DNA of 64,000 nt from an uncultured delta proteobacterium (GTDB lineage Bacteria > Desulfobacterota > Desulfobaccia > Desulfobaccales > 0-14-0-80-60-11): NCBI GenBank assembly GCA_963812015.1, contig CAWETI010000002.1, positions 1,024,001-1,088,000 of the forward strand, read 5' to 3'. The translations under genes were made by a program, and so were the position numbers. The notes beneath the pieces were generated by a model, which saw nothing but the letters and a program-made list of their open reading frames with translations, did not search any database and had not been told where the DNA came from. Below, piece by piece: positions 51,345-62,717 of the stretch. How positions within the stretch are numbered: the first letter of the stretch is position 1; each line of letters begins with the position of its first letter.

Positions 51345-51736
51345 CCGTTCATGGATCGATCTTAACTGAAGAGGTCCACCGTCTAACCCGTCGGCCCTGG
51401 CGCCCTGTCCAGGGCCGATGCTTTCTTGAGCAGGCGGTTTAAGACCAGGCATGATTATTCTGGGAGCAGCGCCGGACCTCAGCTTTCCAAGATGGCGAGA
51501 TGCGGCGCGACGCTCCGTACAACCATGGCCGCCCAGGCTGTGTCTGGGTCTTGAGCGCGAGGCTTCCAATACGAGTGGTGCCGCAGGCGGGAGAAGTTGG
51601 GATAAGCGCGGCGTCCGGCGCGAAGAAGAGTTGCCAGCCGGACCCCGGTAATTTATAATTACTATTCGAGATAGCGCGATTAACCGGGGGCTGGCCGCAC
51701 CCGGAAATTTTTTTATGTTTGTAAAGGACGGATACT

Positions 51737-52408
51737 ATGGTTGTGGGAGAAAGAAAACCCCTCTCCGAAATCCAGGAGATGGTGCGCCCCTATGGCAAAA
51801 TTCTCATCGCCGGGTGCGATACCTGCACCGCGGAATGTTTGAGCGGCGGTCGCAAGCAGGTGGCGGAACTGGCTGCCGCCCTGGACATGGCCTGCCGCCT
51901 GGAAGGCAAGACGCTGGAAATCCAGGAAATAAGCGTCGATCGCCAGTGCATCCATGAATTCCTCCTGGATGTCATCGATAAGGCCGAAGGCGCTGACGCG
52001 GTGCTTTCCATCGCCTGTGGCGCCGGGATTCAGAGCCTGGCGGAACGCCTGCCGGGTAAAGCGGTGTTGCCGGGCCTCAACACCATGTTCATCGGGGAAA
52101 CTGCGGGCTCCGGCCTGTGGCAGGAGCGCTGCCAGGGATGCGGCAACTGTGTCCTGGGCACGACCGGGGGCTTGTGCCCGGTGACCCGCTGCGCCAAGGG
52201 CCTGCTTAACGGCCCCTGCGGCGGCTCCCAGGGCGGCAAATGCGAAGTCTCGGTCACCTTAAAACGTGATGTGCCCTGCGTCTGGGCCATGATTTATGAC
52301 CGCATGAAAGAGTTAGGCGAACTGGAGCGCCTCACGGCCTATTGCGAACCCAAAGACTGGCGCCCCGCCGGCGGCAGCGGCCCCCGGGAGTTGGTGCGGC
52401 AGGATTAG
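51737..52408 (+). CDS. metV: Methylenetetrahydrofolate reductase small Fe-S subunit (MetV-like)
   Basis: RKPL.EI, GCDTC..C, RQC, ACGAG, CQGCGNC, CP.TRCAKGLLNGPCGG, C.W. Confidence 0.85.
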   Translation: MVVGERKPLSEIQEMVRPYGKILIAGCDTCTAECLSGGRKQVAELAAALDMACRLEGKTLEIQEISVDRQCIHEFLLDVIDKAEGADAVLSIACGAGIQSLAERLPGKAVLPGLNTMFIGETAGSGLWQERCQGCGNCVLGTTGGLCPVTRCAKGLLNGPCGGSQGGKCEVSVTLKRDVPCVWAMIYDRMKELGELERLTAYCEPKDWRPAGGSGPRELVRQD

Positions 52409-52452
52409 GGGGGCAGGACCGGGAGCACTAAGCTCCCCATAATTTTCTTTGC

Positions 52453-52483
52453 AGGGCCGGCCGCGTCGCCGGCCCTTTTTTTT
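52453..52483 (+). terminator. Rho-independent terminator
   Basis: AGGGCCGGC/GCCGGCCCT stem plus T run. Confidence 0.75.
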
Positions 52484-52536
52484 GCGTTGCGGCGCCCATA
52501 GAGGAAAAGCTTTGATTTGATCAGAAGGAAACGGGA

Positions 52537-53958
52537 TTAATCCCCGCGGTAACTGTCGGACTTGATGCCCAGGCGGCGCATGATTTTCTGGAGGGAGGCC
52601 CGGCCCAGGCCGCTTAAGGCCGCGGACCGGGAGACATTGCCACCGGTTTTTTCCAGCAGGTTCGACACGTAGGTAGAAGTAAATTGCTGGACCAGGCGTT
52701 CCTTGGCCTGATTGTACGATTCAACTCCCTCATCAGCCCTCTCCCCCCAAAGTTCCCAGACCGGGCCGGAATTCCCCCCGACCCCTTCCAGGGCCCGGAG
52801 TTCCGCGGAGCGAACCACGCTTTCCGGCGAAAACATCACCACCCGGCGCACCAGGTTTTGCAATTCCCGGACGTTGCCGGGCCAGGGACGCCGCATCAGC
52901 TCTTCCAGGGCCCCGGCGGTAAAGCGTTTGGGGGCCAGGCCCAGTTCCGAACACGCCAGGCGGGAAAAGTGGTTGACCAGCAGGGGGATGTCTTCCCGGA
53001 TTTCGGCCAAGGCCGGAGTTTTGAGGGTCACGACATTCAGCCGGTAGTAGAGGTCTTCTCGAAAGCTGCGGTCCCGGATCTTGGCTTCGATATTCTGATT
53101 GGTGGAAGACAGGATGCGGGCATCGACTTTGAGGGTTTTCGTAGCCCCCAGGGGTCTGACCTCCTGCTCCTGGAGGGCCCGGAGTAATTTGGTTTGGAGG
53201 GCGACCGGGATATCGCCGATTTCATCCAGGAACAGGGAACCGCGGTTGGCTTCTTCGAAGAACCCGATATGATCCTGATCGGCGCCGGTGAACGCCCCCC
53301 GCCGATGTCCGAAGAACTGGCTTTCCAGGAGATGTTCGGGGATCGACGGGCAGCTGACCGCCACCAGGGGGCGGTGTTGCCGCTTGCTCAGGGCATGGAT
53401 GGCCCGGGCGACCAACTCCTTGCCGGTGCCGCTCTCTCCCCGGATGATCACTGCATAGTCGGTGGGGGCGATGGCCTGGATTTTCTCATAGAGGCGGCGC
53501 ATAGGTGGGGACTGGCCCACCAGACCGGCAAACCCGGCGGTGTCGGCTACCCGGAGGCGGAGGTGGCGGTTTTCCCGGATGAGCCGGTTGCGTTCCAGGC
53601 CTTTGCGCACCGCCCGGAGGAGTGGTTCCTTCGTGAAGGGCTTGGTGATGAAATCATAGGCTCCCCGGCGCATGGCCTCCACCGCGATCTCGATGCTGCC
53701 ATAGGCGGTCATCATGATCACGGTGACCCAGGGGTCCTCTTTCCTGAGGGCCTCCAGGAGTTCAAAGCCATCGACCTCCGGCATGCGAATGTCCAGCAGG
53801 ACCAGGTCAACGGGCACCTGCCGCACCAGGCGCAGGGCCTGGCGGGCCCGGGAAGTGGTGGTAACTTCGACCTCCTCCAGATGCTGGTTGAAGATGCGCC
53901 GCAGGCCTTCCAGCATATCCGCTTCGTCATCAACGATCAGGATTCTTTCCTGAAGCAT
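52537..53958 (-). CDS. Sigma54-dependent response regulator (NtrC family)
   Basis: Receiver (VDDE, DIRMP, KP), GESGTGKE, GAFTGA, LDEIG, WPGNVREL, Fis HTH. Confidence 0.96.
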   Translation of the reverse strand: MLQERILIVDDEADMLEGLRRIFNQHLEEVEVTTTSRARQALRLVRQVPVDLVLLDIRMPEVDGFELLEALRKEDPWVTVIMMTAYGSIEIAVEAMRRGAYDFITKPFTKEPLLRAVRKGLERNRLIRENRHLRLRVADTAGFAGLVGQSPPMRRLYEKIQAIAPTDYAVIIRGESGTGKELVARAIHALSKRQHRPLVAVSCPSIPEHLLESQFFGHRRGAFTGADQDHIGFFEEANRGSLFLDEIGDIPVALQTKLLRALQEQEVRPLGATKTLKVDARILSSTNQNIEAKIRDRSFREDLYYRLNVVTLKTPALAEIREDIPLLVNHFSRLACSELGLAPKRFTAGALEELMRRPWPGNVRELQNLVRRVVMFSPESVVRSAELRALEGVGGNSGPVWELWGERADEGVESYNQAKERLVQQFTSTYVSNLLEKTGGNVSRSAALSGLGRASLQKIMRRLGIKSDSYRGD

Positions 53959-53964
53959 CGCCCC

Positions 53965-56523
53965 TTACCTCGATTCCCCTAACGGCAGCTCGATGGTGAA
54001 CCGGGTCCATCGGCCCGGCTTACTCTCCACCTGGATGTCGCCGCCATGGTCCTTGACAATCCCGTAACTGACCGACAGCCCCAGGCCGGTGCCTTCCCCG
54101 GTCTTTTTGGTGCTGAAGAAGGGATCAAAGATGCGGTCAATGATCTCCGGAGGTATCCCGGGGCCGTTGTCCCAGAAGGTGATGTGCACCTTACCGTCGT
54201 CTTCGAGGAAGCGCGTCCTGATGCGGATGGCGCCACGGCCATTGATCGCCTGTCGGGAATTCATCAGCAGGTTCAAATAGACCTGCTTCATCTTGTTGGC
54301 ATCGACCTTCGCCAACGGCAATCCGGGGGCGAGGTCCAGTTCAATGGGGCAGTGTTGTCGCCGGAACTGGGGCTCCACCATGCGCACCACTTCTTCGATG
54401 GTGGCATTCAGGTCGGTGGGCTGGCGGGCCGTCTCCTGGCCCCGGGCAAACTCCAGGAGATCAGCCACAATACGTTGACAATTGACGGCATGCTTCTCGA
54501 TGGTGGCCACGTCCTTGAAACCCTGGGGAAAATCGGCCAGCTGGCTCTTGAGCAAATCCGCGTAACAGAGAATCACCCCCAGGGGATTGTTGATCTCGTG
54601 GGCGATGCCTCCGGCCAGTTGTCCCAAGGAGGCCAATTTTTCCGCATGCTGGATGCGGTGCTCCACCCGCTTTTCGGCGGTGATGTCCTTGGCGTTGCGC
54701 ACGATGCTGACCACCTCGCCCCGCTCGTCGACAATGGGGTAGTAGTGCATCAGAAAAATTTCCCCCTTGCCGCTCTGGACCTCTTCGGTCATCGGCTGCT
54801 TGGTTTGAAAGACGGTTTCCAGGCTACTTTGGGGGAGGGGACAGTTACCGTCGCCGGCAAGGGAACCGCACGGCTGGTCCAACACTTCTGCCAGGGTCAC
54901 CCCGTAGTGTCGGAGATAGGCCTGGTTGACCATCTTGATGCGCCGGTCCCGATCCAGGAGGACCATCATATCGGTGATGCCATCAAAGACGGACTGGAGG
55001 AGGTCCTTGCTGTGCACCAGTTGTTCCACATTTTGCAGACTTTCGATGGTGATGCCGATCTGTTGCCCCACCGAATGCAGCAGTTCTTGCCTCTCAGGGG
55101 TGATCTCGTTGAAATCCACCTGCACGAAGGTCATGACCCCCAGAACCTTACGCCGGCAAACCAAGGGCACATTCAGACAATTCTGTCCCTCAGGGCAGGG
55201 GAAAAAACTCATGCGGCCACTCGCGGCTTGGGCCAGGGAAGCGGACAGTTCGGTGACGCCTCCGGCCTGAGCGGCCTGGATCTGGCCGGGATCAATATTC
55301 ATGCAGGCCAGGAGGTGGACGGCATTTTCCTGATACTGGAGTTCCAGGCGGGGGGGATCGTCCCGTAGCAGATACAAGGCTGCCCCCCGGGCCGGGATCA
55401 ACTTCAAGGTCTGGAGCAGCACCCGGGGCACAATATCCGCCAGATTGACCGCCCGGGTAATCAATTCGGCGATGGTGTTCAGGGTGTGAAGCTCCTGGTT
55501 GCGGGCCGCGATCTTCTCCTGCAGCTGGCGCTGGGATTCTTCCAGGGCTTCGGTGCGTTGGCTCACCTTGACTTCCAGGTTTTCGGCGTATTCTTCCAAT
55601 TGCTGGCGGGTGTCCCGGAGATGACCCACCATGACCTGGGCGGCGGCGGTGATCTCGCTGATTTCGTCTTTGGCTTTGGCCTCCGTCAACAATTCCAGTT
55701 CTTTTTCGTCCCGGAGACCGTGGCGGAAGACATCCAGCAAATCCCTCAGACTGTGGATGACCACCCGGTTGAAGCAGAAGAAGATGCCCACATAGAGGAG
55801 CGAGAGGCCAAAGAAACTGAGGCCGAAGATGGAGATGGCCCGTTCCTTGATCTTGGCCAGGGCGAGGTCCACCGGGATGATCACCGCGGTCACCCCGGCG
55901 ATATCCCCGGGTTTGTAGCCGAACCCCCGCGTGCGGCCATAGAGCTTCAGGAGGTCCGGGGGTGCGCTGTCGGGATTGCCATGGCAATGCATGCAGTCTG
56001 GAGTGAAATAAACCGGGCGGGAATGAACGAAACTGTTCTGGCCGGCGATCTGGACGATGCCCTGCCAGCTTTGCAGCTGCGAGTTGGCGGCGAAAAAATT
56101 GATCAGCTTCACCTCGAAGGGTTTGGGGTCGGAAGCGGGATTCCGGGCGTGCAGGGCCACTCGTCGGATCTGGTATTCCGGCAGGGTCTCCTTGAGGCGG
56201 TCCATCACCGCCCGGCCCACGTAGGAGGTGGACATGGCTTCCAACAAAAAGGCGTTACGGCCTAACACCTGGTACATCTTGGGCCGCAGCACCTCCTGGA
56301 CGTAACTCCGGGTGGCCTCCGCGGCGGCCATGACCATTTCGGCCTTGTCATGGGCCGCTTCTTCCAACAGCCGCTTTTCCCGGGAATAGATGAGCAGGGC
56401 GATGATTAAGCAAAAGCCCAGGAAAATGACTCCCACCCCCAGGAGAAATTTGCGTTGGAGGCTGAGTGACCTGTGGAGACGCGTGGTTTTTTGCCCCGGG
56501 GGCGTTGGCTGCAATTCTGGCAT
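53965..56523 (-). CDS. Sensor histidine kinase with extracytoplasmic c-type heme (DUF3365-like), GAF and PAS domains
   Basis: TM, CMHCH, TM, then H-box [28 protein letters not shown]. Confidence 0.93.
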   Translation of the reverse strand: MPELQPTPPGQKTTRLHRSLSLQRKFLLGVGVIFLGFCLIIALLIYSREKRLLEEAAHDKAEMVMAAAEATRSYVQEVLRPKMYQVLGRNAFLLEAMSTSYVGRAVMDRLKETLPEYQIRRVALHARNPASDPKPFEVKLINFFAANSQLQSWQGIVQIAGQNSFVHSRPVYFTPDCMHCHGNPDSAPPDLLKLYGRTRGFGYKPGDIAGVTAVIIPVDLALAKIKERAISIFGLSFFGLSLLYVGIFFCFNRVVIHSLRDLLDVFRHGLRDEKELELLTEAKAKDEISEITAAAQVMVGHLRDTRQQLEEYAENLEVKVSQRTEALEESQRQLQEKIAARNQELHTLNTIAELITRAVNLADIVPRVLLQTLKLIPARGAALYLLRDDPPRLELQYQENAVHLLACMNIDPGQIQAAQAGGVTELSASLAQAASGRMSFFPCPEGQNCLNVPLVCRRKVLGVMTFVQVDFNEITPERQELLHSVGQQIGITIESLQNVEQLVHSKDLLQSVFDGITDMMVLLDRDRRIKMVNQAYLRHYGVTLAEVLDQPCGSLAGDGNCPLPQSSLETVFQTKQPMTEEVQSGKGEIFLMHYYPIVDERGEVVSIVRNAKDITAEKRVEHRIQHAEKLASLGQLAGGIAHEINNPLGVILCYADLLKSQLADFPQGFKDVATIEKHAVNCQRIVADLLEFARGQETARQPTDLNATIEEVVRMVEPQFRRQHCPIELDLAPGLPLAKVDANKMKQVYLNLLMNSRQAINGRGAIRIRTRFLEDDGKVHITFWDNGPGIPPEIIDRIFDPFFSTKKTGEGTGLGLSVSYGIVKDHGGDIQVESKPGRWTRFTIELPLGESR

Positions 56524-56618
56524 AGCCTGAAGCTCCTCGCCGCTGGAACCGCGCCTGCGGTCGGCTAAGAGGATTTGATCCGACTATAAAGAAAAATCGT
56601 TAAGAATGCCACCCCGAA

Positions 56619-56658
56619 GAAGCATAAAATGCTTCCGCAAGGAAGCACTAAAGGCCTT
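56619..56658. promoter_or_regulatory. Candidate upstream activator sites for the sigma54 regulator
   Basis: Perfect palindrome GAAGCAT-AAA-ATGCTTC (56619-56635) plus a degenerate copy GAAGCAC-TAA-AGGCCTT. Confidence 0.6.
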
Positions 56659-56750
56659 GTCGGCCTGGCCGGGCCTGGCAGCTCGTAAATAACCCATTGC
56701 TATTACAGACAAATAATCTCTATACCTCAACCGCTTTTGCTGTCTTCTTT

Positions 56751-56766
56751 TGGCACTTTCCTTGCT
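56751..56766 (+). promoter_or_regulatory. Sigma54 promoter
   Basis: Consensus TGGCAC-TTTCC-TTGCT. Confidence 0.88.
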
Positions 56767-56913
56767 TGGTCCATGAGCAGAACCGCAAAAATCTGGCGGG
56801 AAACGAGATTCCGGATGGTGACGGACCGCTGGTCACCTGGATAATCAAGCGAGGAGGAGTGCTTATGACCAACCACCACCAAGAAACTTCACTTATTATC
56901 AGGAGGTTATGAC

Positions 56914-58353
56914 ATGGAAGGAAAAAAAGGTATCAGCGAAGACTGGTTATCCTTATGGATGGGGCTGTTTATCTTCGTCCTCGGCCTGGGCATGTTTGTG
57001 GGACTGGACACTCTGGGGTGGGGTATCAAGACCAGTATCTGGGTTGATATCAACAAGGCCCTGTCGCCAATCTCCGGAAGCCTCAAAGGCATGCCGGGAC
57101 TCATTTCTCTTTTTCTGACTTATCTCTTTATGCTCATGGTCACCATGATCGGCGCGGCGGCCATGGGGGTTAACGCCAGACGTTTTCTGGTGGGTTTCAC
57201 CCTGGTCTTCTGGATAAGTTACGGTTGTTTTCTTTTGGGCCATTTTGCCTATTTTGCGGCCAATACCCCGGAAATGATGAAGAGTATGGGCCTCGGCTGG
57301 TCATTGAAGCTGACGGGAGAAGGGGGGTTTATTGTCGCCCTCATCGCCGGCTTGCTCGTGGGTAACTTTATCCCCGGACTGGCCAAAGCGATGGAAGCCG
57401 CCACCCGCCCCGAGCTCTATATTAAAACGGCTATCGTCATCTTGGGCGCTCTTTTAGGGGTGAAGGCAGCAGGGTCCGTGGGACTGGCTTCGGCGGTCAT
57501 GTTCCGGGGACTGTGCGCCATCATTGAAGCTTACTTGATCTACTGGGCCGTGGTTTACTTCGTCGCCCGGAAGTATTTCAAGTTCAGCCGGGAGTGGGCC
57601 GCGCCCCTGGCCTCCGGCATCTCCATCTGCGGGGTCTCGGCGGCCATCGCCACCGGCGGCGCCATCCGGGCCCGTCCGGTGGTGCCCATCATGGTCTCTT
57701 CCCTGGTGGTCATCTTCGCGGTGGTGGAGTTGCTGGTCCTGCCTTTTTTGGCCCAGGCGTTTTTATGGTCCGAGCCTCTGGTGGCCGGGGCCTGGATGGG
57801 GCTGGCGGTTAAGACCGACGGGGCCGCGGTGGCCAGTGGCGCCATCGTCGACTCCCTGATCCGGGCCAAGGCCTTGGCTGAGAGCGGAATAAATTATCAG
57901 GCGGGCTTTATGGTTATGACGGCCACCACCGTGAAGATCTTCATCGATATCTTCATCGGGGTTTGGGCCTTTATCCTGGCGGTGATCTGGTGCACCAAGA
58001 TCGAATGCACCGGCGGCCGTATTAAGGCCATCGAGATCTGGGAAAGGTTCCCCAAGTTCGTTCTCGGTTACGCCTTGACCTTTTTCCTGATGTTGATTAT
58101 CTGCCTGTCGTCTCCAGCCACTTTGAAAACGGCTAACGCCGCGGTGGCGGGTATGGACACCTTCCGGGTCATGTTCTTTGTCCTGACCTTCTTTACCATC
58201 GGGATGGTGTCCAACTTCAAGAAGCTCTGGGAAGAAGGCATCGGCAGATTGGCGGCAGTGTATGTGCTCTGTCTCTTCGGATTTATCATCTGGGTGGGTC
58301 TGCTGATATCGTGGATCTTTTTCCATGGGGTCAAGCCGCCCCTGGCGGGCTAA
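56914..58353 (+). CDS. YeiH/putative sulfate exporter family transporter
   Basis: SEDW, YIKTAIVILGA, SICGVSAAIA, RFPKFVLG, many TM helices. Confidence 0.88.
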   Translation: MEGKKGISEDWLSLWMGLFIFVLGLGMFVGLDTLGWGIKTSIWVDINKALSPISGSLKGMPGLISLFLTYLFMLMVTMIGAAAMGVNARRFLVGFTLVFWISYGCFLLGHFAYFAANTPEMMKSMGLGWSLKLTGEGGFIVALIAGLLVGNFIPGLAKAMEAATRPELYIKTAIVILGALLGVKAAGSVGLASAVMFRGLCAIIEAYLIYWAVVYFVARKYFKFSREWAAPLASGISICGVSAAIATGGAIRARPVVPIMVSSLVVIFAVVELLVLPFLAQAFLWSEPLVAGAWMGLAVKTDGAAVASGAIVDSLIRAKALAESGINYQAGFMVMTATTVKIFIDIFIGVWAFILAVIWCTKIECTGGRIKAIEIWERFPKFVLGYALTFFLMLIICLSSPATLKTANAAVAGMDTFRVMFFVLTFFTIGMVSNFKKLWEEGIGRLAAVYVLCLFGFIIWVGLLISWIFFHGVKPPLAG

Positions 58354-58372
58354 TTTGCCAAAGGAGGTAGTC

Positions 58373-58582
58373 ATGGCTGAAGAAATCAAATTGCCGCCCG
58401 AGGAAGAACCGGTAGTGCCCCCGGCGGAAGAAGCCAAGTTGATTGATGAATTGCGGAAGATGGAGTATGAACCGCTTCTACCCATCGAGAAAAAACTCAT
58501 CTCCTGGAGCCTCATCATCGGAGTGGTTTCCCTGGGCTTCCTGGTCTGGGTCAGCTACACTTTTTTTCCCGGCGGCCATTAA
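58373..58582 (+). CDS. Small single-TM membrane protein
   Basis: AAGGAGG RBS, EPLLPIEKKLI.WS followed by a TM helix. Confidence 0.8.
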   Translation: MAEEIKLPPEEEPVVPPAEEAKLIDELRKMEYEPLLPIEKKLISWSLIIGVVSLGFLVWVSYTFFPGGH

Positions 58583-58602
58583 GCCGGGTACGTGAAATGC
58601 AG

Positions 58603-58638
58603 AAAGCCCCGGGCGCGGTTGGGCCTGGGGCCTTTTTT
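58603..58638 (+). terminator. Rho-independent terminator
   Basis: GCCCCGGGC...GCCTGGGGC plus T run. Confidence 0.65.
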
Positions 58639-58664
58639 ATAAGGTTTCGAGTGCCACATTTGTT

Positions 58665-58723
58665 GTAAGGGCCGATATAGGTGTCGGCCCTTTTTGAGGG
58701 CGGACCCGCGAGTTTGCCGCTAC
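58665..58723. repeat. Inverted pair of GTAG-type REP-like palindromes
   Basis: GTAAGGGCCGATATAGGTGTCGGCCCT and the reverse complement GTAGCGGCAAACTCGCGGGTCCGCCCT. Confidence 0.6.
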
Positions 58724-58748
58724 AGTTCTCTTTGATGGCGACCCGGCA

Positions 58749-59570
58749 TCAGGCCTTCGGGGGGCCTTTGGCCAGCACCGTGAACCACATGTTTTCATCC
58801 AGGGTCGCCACCGCGATGAGGGGCGTGGCCGTGAGACGCATCAACAACTTATCCAGTTGGGCCCCCAGGATGCCGGAGAAGATATACCAGTCCTTGTTGA
58901 GAAACTCCGGTATATCTAAAAGGTCCAGGAGCACGTCCAGGTGGATATTGGCCAGGGCCAGGCTTGCCGGCAGGTGGGCGAAATGCCGGGCATCGGCCTG
59001 GATGAGGTGCACTTCGGACCGGCGTTGATTATGCTTCAGGTTCCGGGCACAGGTTAGCACCGCCAGTTCGTTGTACTCCACCGCCACCACCCGCTGCGCC
59101 CCCAATGACAGAGCCGCCAGGGCCAGGATGCCGGTGCCGGTGCCCAGGTCCAGGACCCGCTGGGGGGTGTCCGCCTCATAGACCCGGCGCAGCAGGGTAA
59201 GGCAGGTTCGAGTGGTGGGGTGGTAGCCGGAGCCGAAGGCCAGGCCCGGCTCCATGCGGATAACAAGTTCGCCCTCTGCCGGGGCCGGGGTCTCCCACAC
59301 CGGGCAGAGGTGAAACCCCGCCATGGACGTTTTCTGTAAGGGCTGGCCCGCCTCCCAGTCGGCGTAGTTCATGACGCTCTCGGAGGAGTAGCGGGCGTTG
59401 GCGAGGGTGGCCACCCAGGCCTTGACCCGGCCTTCTTTGGGGTGCCCGAAGAAGAGGTAGGAATAATCCCCCTCCCGCCAGCAGCCCAGGAAATCATCCC
59501 CGGTGAGGTCGTCCGGCGGGTAGACGCGGCCCTGGATTTCGTAGATGAAGAGTTTTTCCGGCGGCGGCAT
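58749..59570 (-). CDS. prmA: Ribosomal protein L11 methyltransferase PrmA-like
   Basis: PGLAFGSGYHPTTR.C, VLDLGTGTGILA, ANI, SGI. Confidence 0.82.
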   Translation of the reverse strand: MPPPEKLFIYEIQGRVYPPDDLTGDDFLGCWREGDYSYLFFGHPKEGRVKAWVATLANARYSSESVMNYADWEAGQPLQKTSMAGFHLCPVWETPAPAEGELVIRMEPGLAFGSGYHPTTRTCLTLLRRVYEADTPQRVLDLGTGTGILALAALSLGAQRVVAVEYNELAVLTCARNLKHNQRRSEVHLIQADARHFAHLPASLALANIHLDVLLDLLDIPEFLNKDWYIFSGILGAQLDKLLMRLTATPLIAVATLDENMWFTVLAKGPPKA

Positions 59571-59903
59571 AATGCTTAATTTTAACCACAAAGATGCCGG
59601 GGGCACGAAGAAAAAAACACCATGCGCTTCTCTTGGGGTGCTGGGCGTTGTGCTCGTTGAAAATTCTCGTCACGTTCGCAAGCCGACCCCTGGGAAGGAG
59701 GTCAATGACCGGGGCTCCGAAACTGTTGGGGGGGGCGAGGTCACCTTACCCCGGGGAAAATCCCCTCCACGGGGCCGACCACCGGCAGAACCGGTCAAGA
59801 ACCCGGTCCGCCGAATCCTCCAATTATTTTTCCCAAAGTCTTGCCTCCTGGCGCGTTTTATGGTTATTTTGATAGATTAAAACCAAATCAAGGGAACTCT
59901 GGT

Positions 59904-60407
59904 ATGGAACTCAAAGGGAAAGTGCACAAGTTCGGTGATGACGTCAACACCGATGAGATCATTCCGGCCCGGTATCTCAACACCTCCGACCACCAGGAAC
60001 TGGCCAAGCACGCCATGGAGGACGCGGACCCGGAGTTTGTCAACAAGATGAAGCCCGGGGATTTTATCGTGGCCGGCAAGAATTTCGGCTGCGGCTCCTC
60101 CCGGGAGCACGCCCCCATCGCTTTGAAGGTTGCGGGCATCGCCGCGGTGATTGCCGGGAGTTTTGCCCGGATCTTCTTCCGCAACTCCTTCAACATGGGT
60201 CTGGCCATTTTCGAGTGCCCGGAGGCCGCGGCCGAGATCAAGGACGGCCAGAATATCAGCGTTGACCTGGACACCGGGGTCATCACCGACCTGACTACCG
60301 GCAAGAAATATGTGAGCCAACCCATTCCGCCGTTCATGCAGGAACTGCTGGCGACCGGCGGCCTCATGGCCTTTGTCAAAAAGCATCTGGAGGCGAAATC
60401 AGCATGA
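59904..60407 (+). CDS. leuD: 3-isopropylmalate dehydratase small subunit
   Basis: DVNTDEIIP, NFGCGSSREHA, SFARIFFRN. Confidence 0.95.
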   Translation: MELKGKVHKFGDDVNTDEIIPARYLNTSDHQELAKHAMEDADPEFVNKMKPGDFIVAGKNFGCGSSREHAPIALKVAGIAAVIAGSFARIFFRNSFNMGLAIFECPEAAAEIKDGQNISVDLDTGVITDLTTGKKYVSQPIPPFMQELLATGGLMAFVKKHLEAKSA

Positions 60408-61471
60408 GTACTTATAAGATCGCAGTTATCCCCGGGGACGGCACCGGCCCGGAAGTGGTGGCCGAGGGCATCAAGGTCCTCAATGCCGTGGCGGGTCCCG
60501 CGGGCCTCAAATTCGACTACACCTATTATGACCTGGGCGGCGAGCGCTACAAGCGCACCGGTGAAACCCTGCCGGAGTCGGTCATCCAGGAATTGCGCCA
60601 GTTCCAAGTTATCTATCTCGGGGCCATCGGTCACCCGGACGTAGCCCCGGGCATCCTGGAAAAAGGCATCCTCCTCAAGGCCCGTTTCGAGCTGGACCAG
60701 TACATCAATTTGAGGCCCGTAGTGCTCTATCCAGGGGTGGAGACGCCCCTGAAGGACAAGGGCCCCAAAGACATCGATTTTGCGGTGGTGCGGGAAAACA
60801 CCGAAGGCCTGTACGCCGGGGCCGGGGGCGTTCTGAAATTCGGCACCCCGGACGAGGTGGCTGTCCAGGAATCCATCAACACCCGGAAGGGCGTGGACCG
60901 CTGCTTGAAGTTCGCCTTCGAGCTGGCCCGGAAGCGCAACCGGGCCAAGAAGCTCACCCTGGTGGCCAAGACCAACGTCCTCACCTTCGCCTCCGGCCTG
61001 TGGTTCCGGGCCTTTGAGGCCATGGCCCCCCAATATCCGGACGTGGCCACCGATTACGCCCACGTGGACGCCACCTGCATGTGGTTTGTTAAAAACCCCG
61101 AGTGGTTCGACGTGGTGGTGACGGATAATTTGTTCGGCGATATTATCACCGACCTGGGAGCGATGATACAAGGCGGCATGGGTGTGGCCGCGGGAGGCAA
61201 TATCAACCCCGAAGGCGTGTCGATGTTCGAACCCATCGGCGGGTCGGCCCCAAAATATACGGGTCTGGGGGTGGTGAATCCTCTGGCCGCGATCGGCGCG
61301 GCCCAGATGATGCTGGACCAGCTGGGCGAGATCAAGGCCGCGGCCGCGGTGGAAGCCGCCATTCGGAAAACCGCCGCCAACGACATGCAGAGCATGGCCG
61401 CCGGGAAGATGGGCTTGTCCACCAGCCAGGTGGGCGATAAGGTGGCCAACTACGCGGTAGAAATGGTATAA
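60404..61471 (+). CDS. leuB: 3-isopropylmalate dehydrogenase
   Basis: PGDGTGPEV, NLRP, RENTEG.Y, KTNV, NLFGDIITD, EPIGGSAP. Confidence 0.93.
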   Translation: MSTYKIAVIPGDGTGPEVVAEGIKVLNAVAGPAGLKFDYTYYDLGGERYKRTGETLPESVIQELRQFQVIYLGAIGHPDVAPGILEKGILLKARFELDQYINLRPVVLYPGVETPLKDKGPKDIDFAVVRENTEGLYAGAGGVLKFGTPDEVAVQESINTRKGVDRCLKFAFELARKRNRAKKLTLVAKTNVLTFASGLWFRAFEAMAPQYPDVATDYAHVDATCMWFVKNPEWFDVVVTDNLFGDIITDLGAMIQGGMGVAAGGNINPEGVSMFEPIGGSAPKYTGLGVVNPLAAIGAAQMMLDQLGEIKAAAAVEAAIRKTAANDMQSMAAGKMGLSTSQVGDKVANYAVEMV

Positions 61472-61571
61472 TCGGTGAACAGTGAGCCGTAAATGATGAG
61501 CCTAAAGGAAAATTGACAGAGATTCTTTTAGCTGAAAGCTGAGAGTTATTTCCCCAGGAGAGTTTGCAATC

Positions 61572-62702
<1,131 letters not shown>

Positions 62703-62717
62703 CCAAAGGAGCAGTCG

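Noticed and set aside
51481..51607. SAM-I riboswitch call upstream of metV
   Set aside because: Only scattered words match; the AUC/GAU P1 core and kink-turn P2 are not evident. Kept only as a generic structured-RNA candidate.
59904..60407. leuD without adjacent leuC
   Set aside because: Split leu genes are common and leuC is probably elsewhere.
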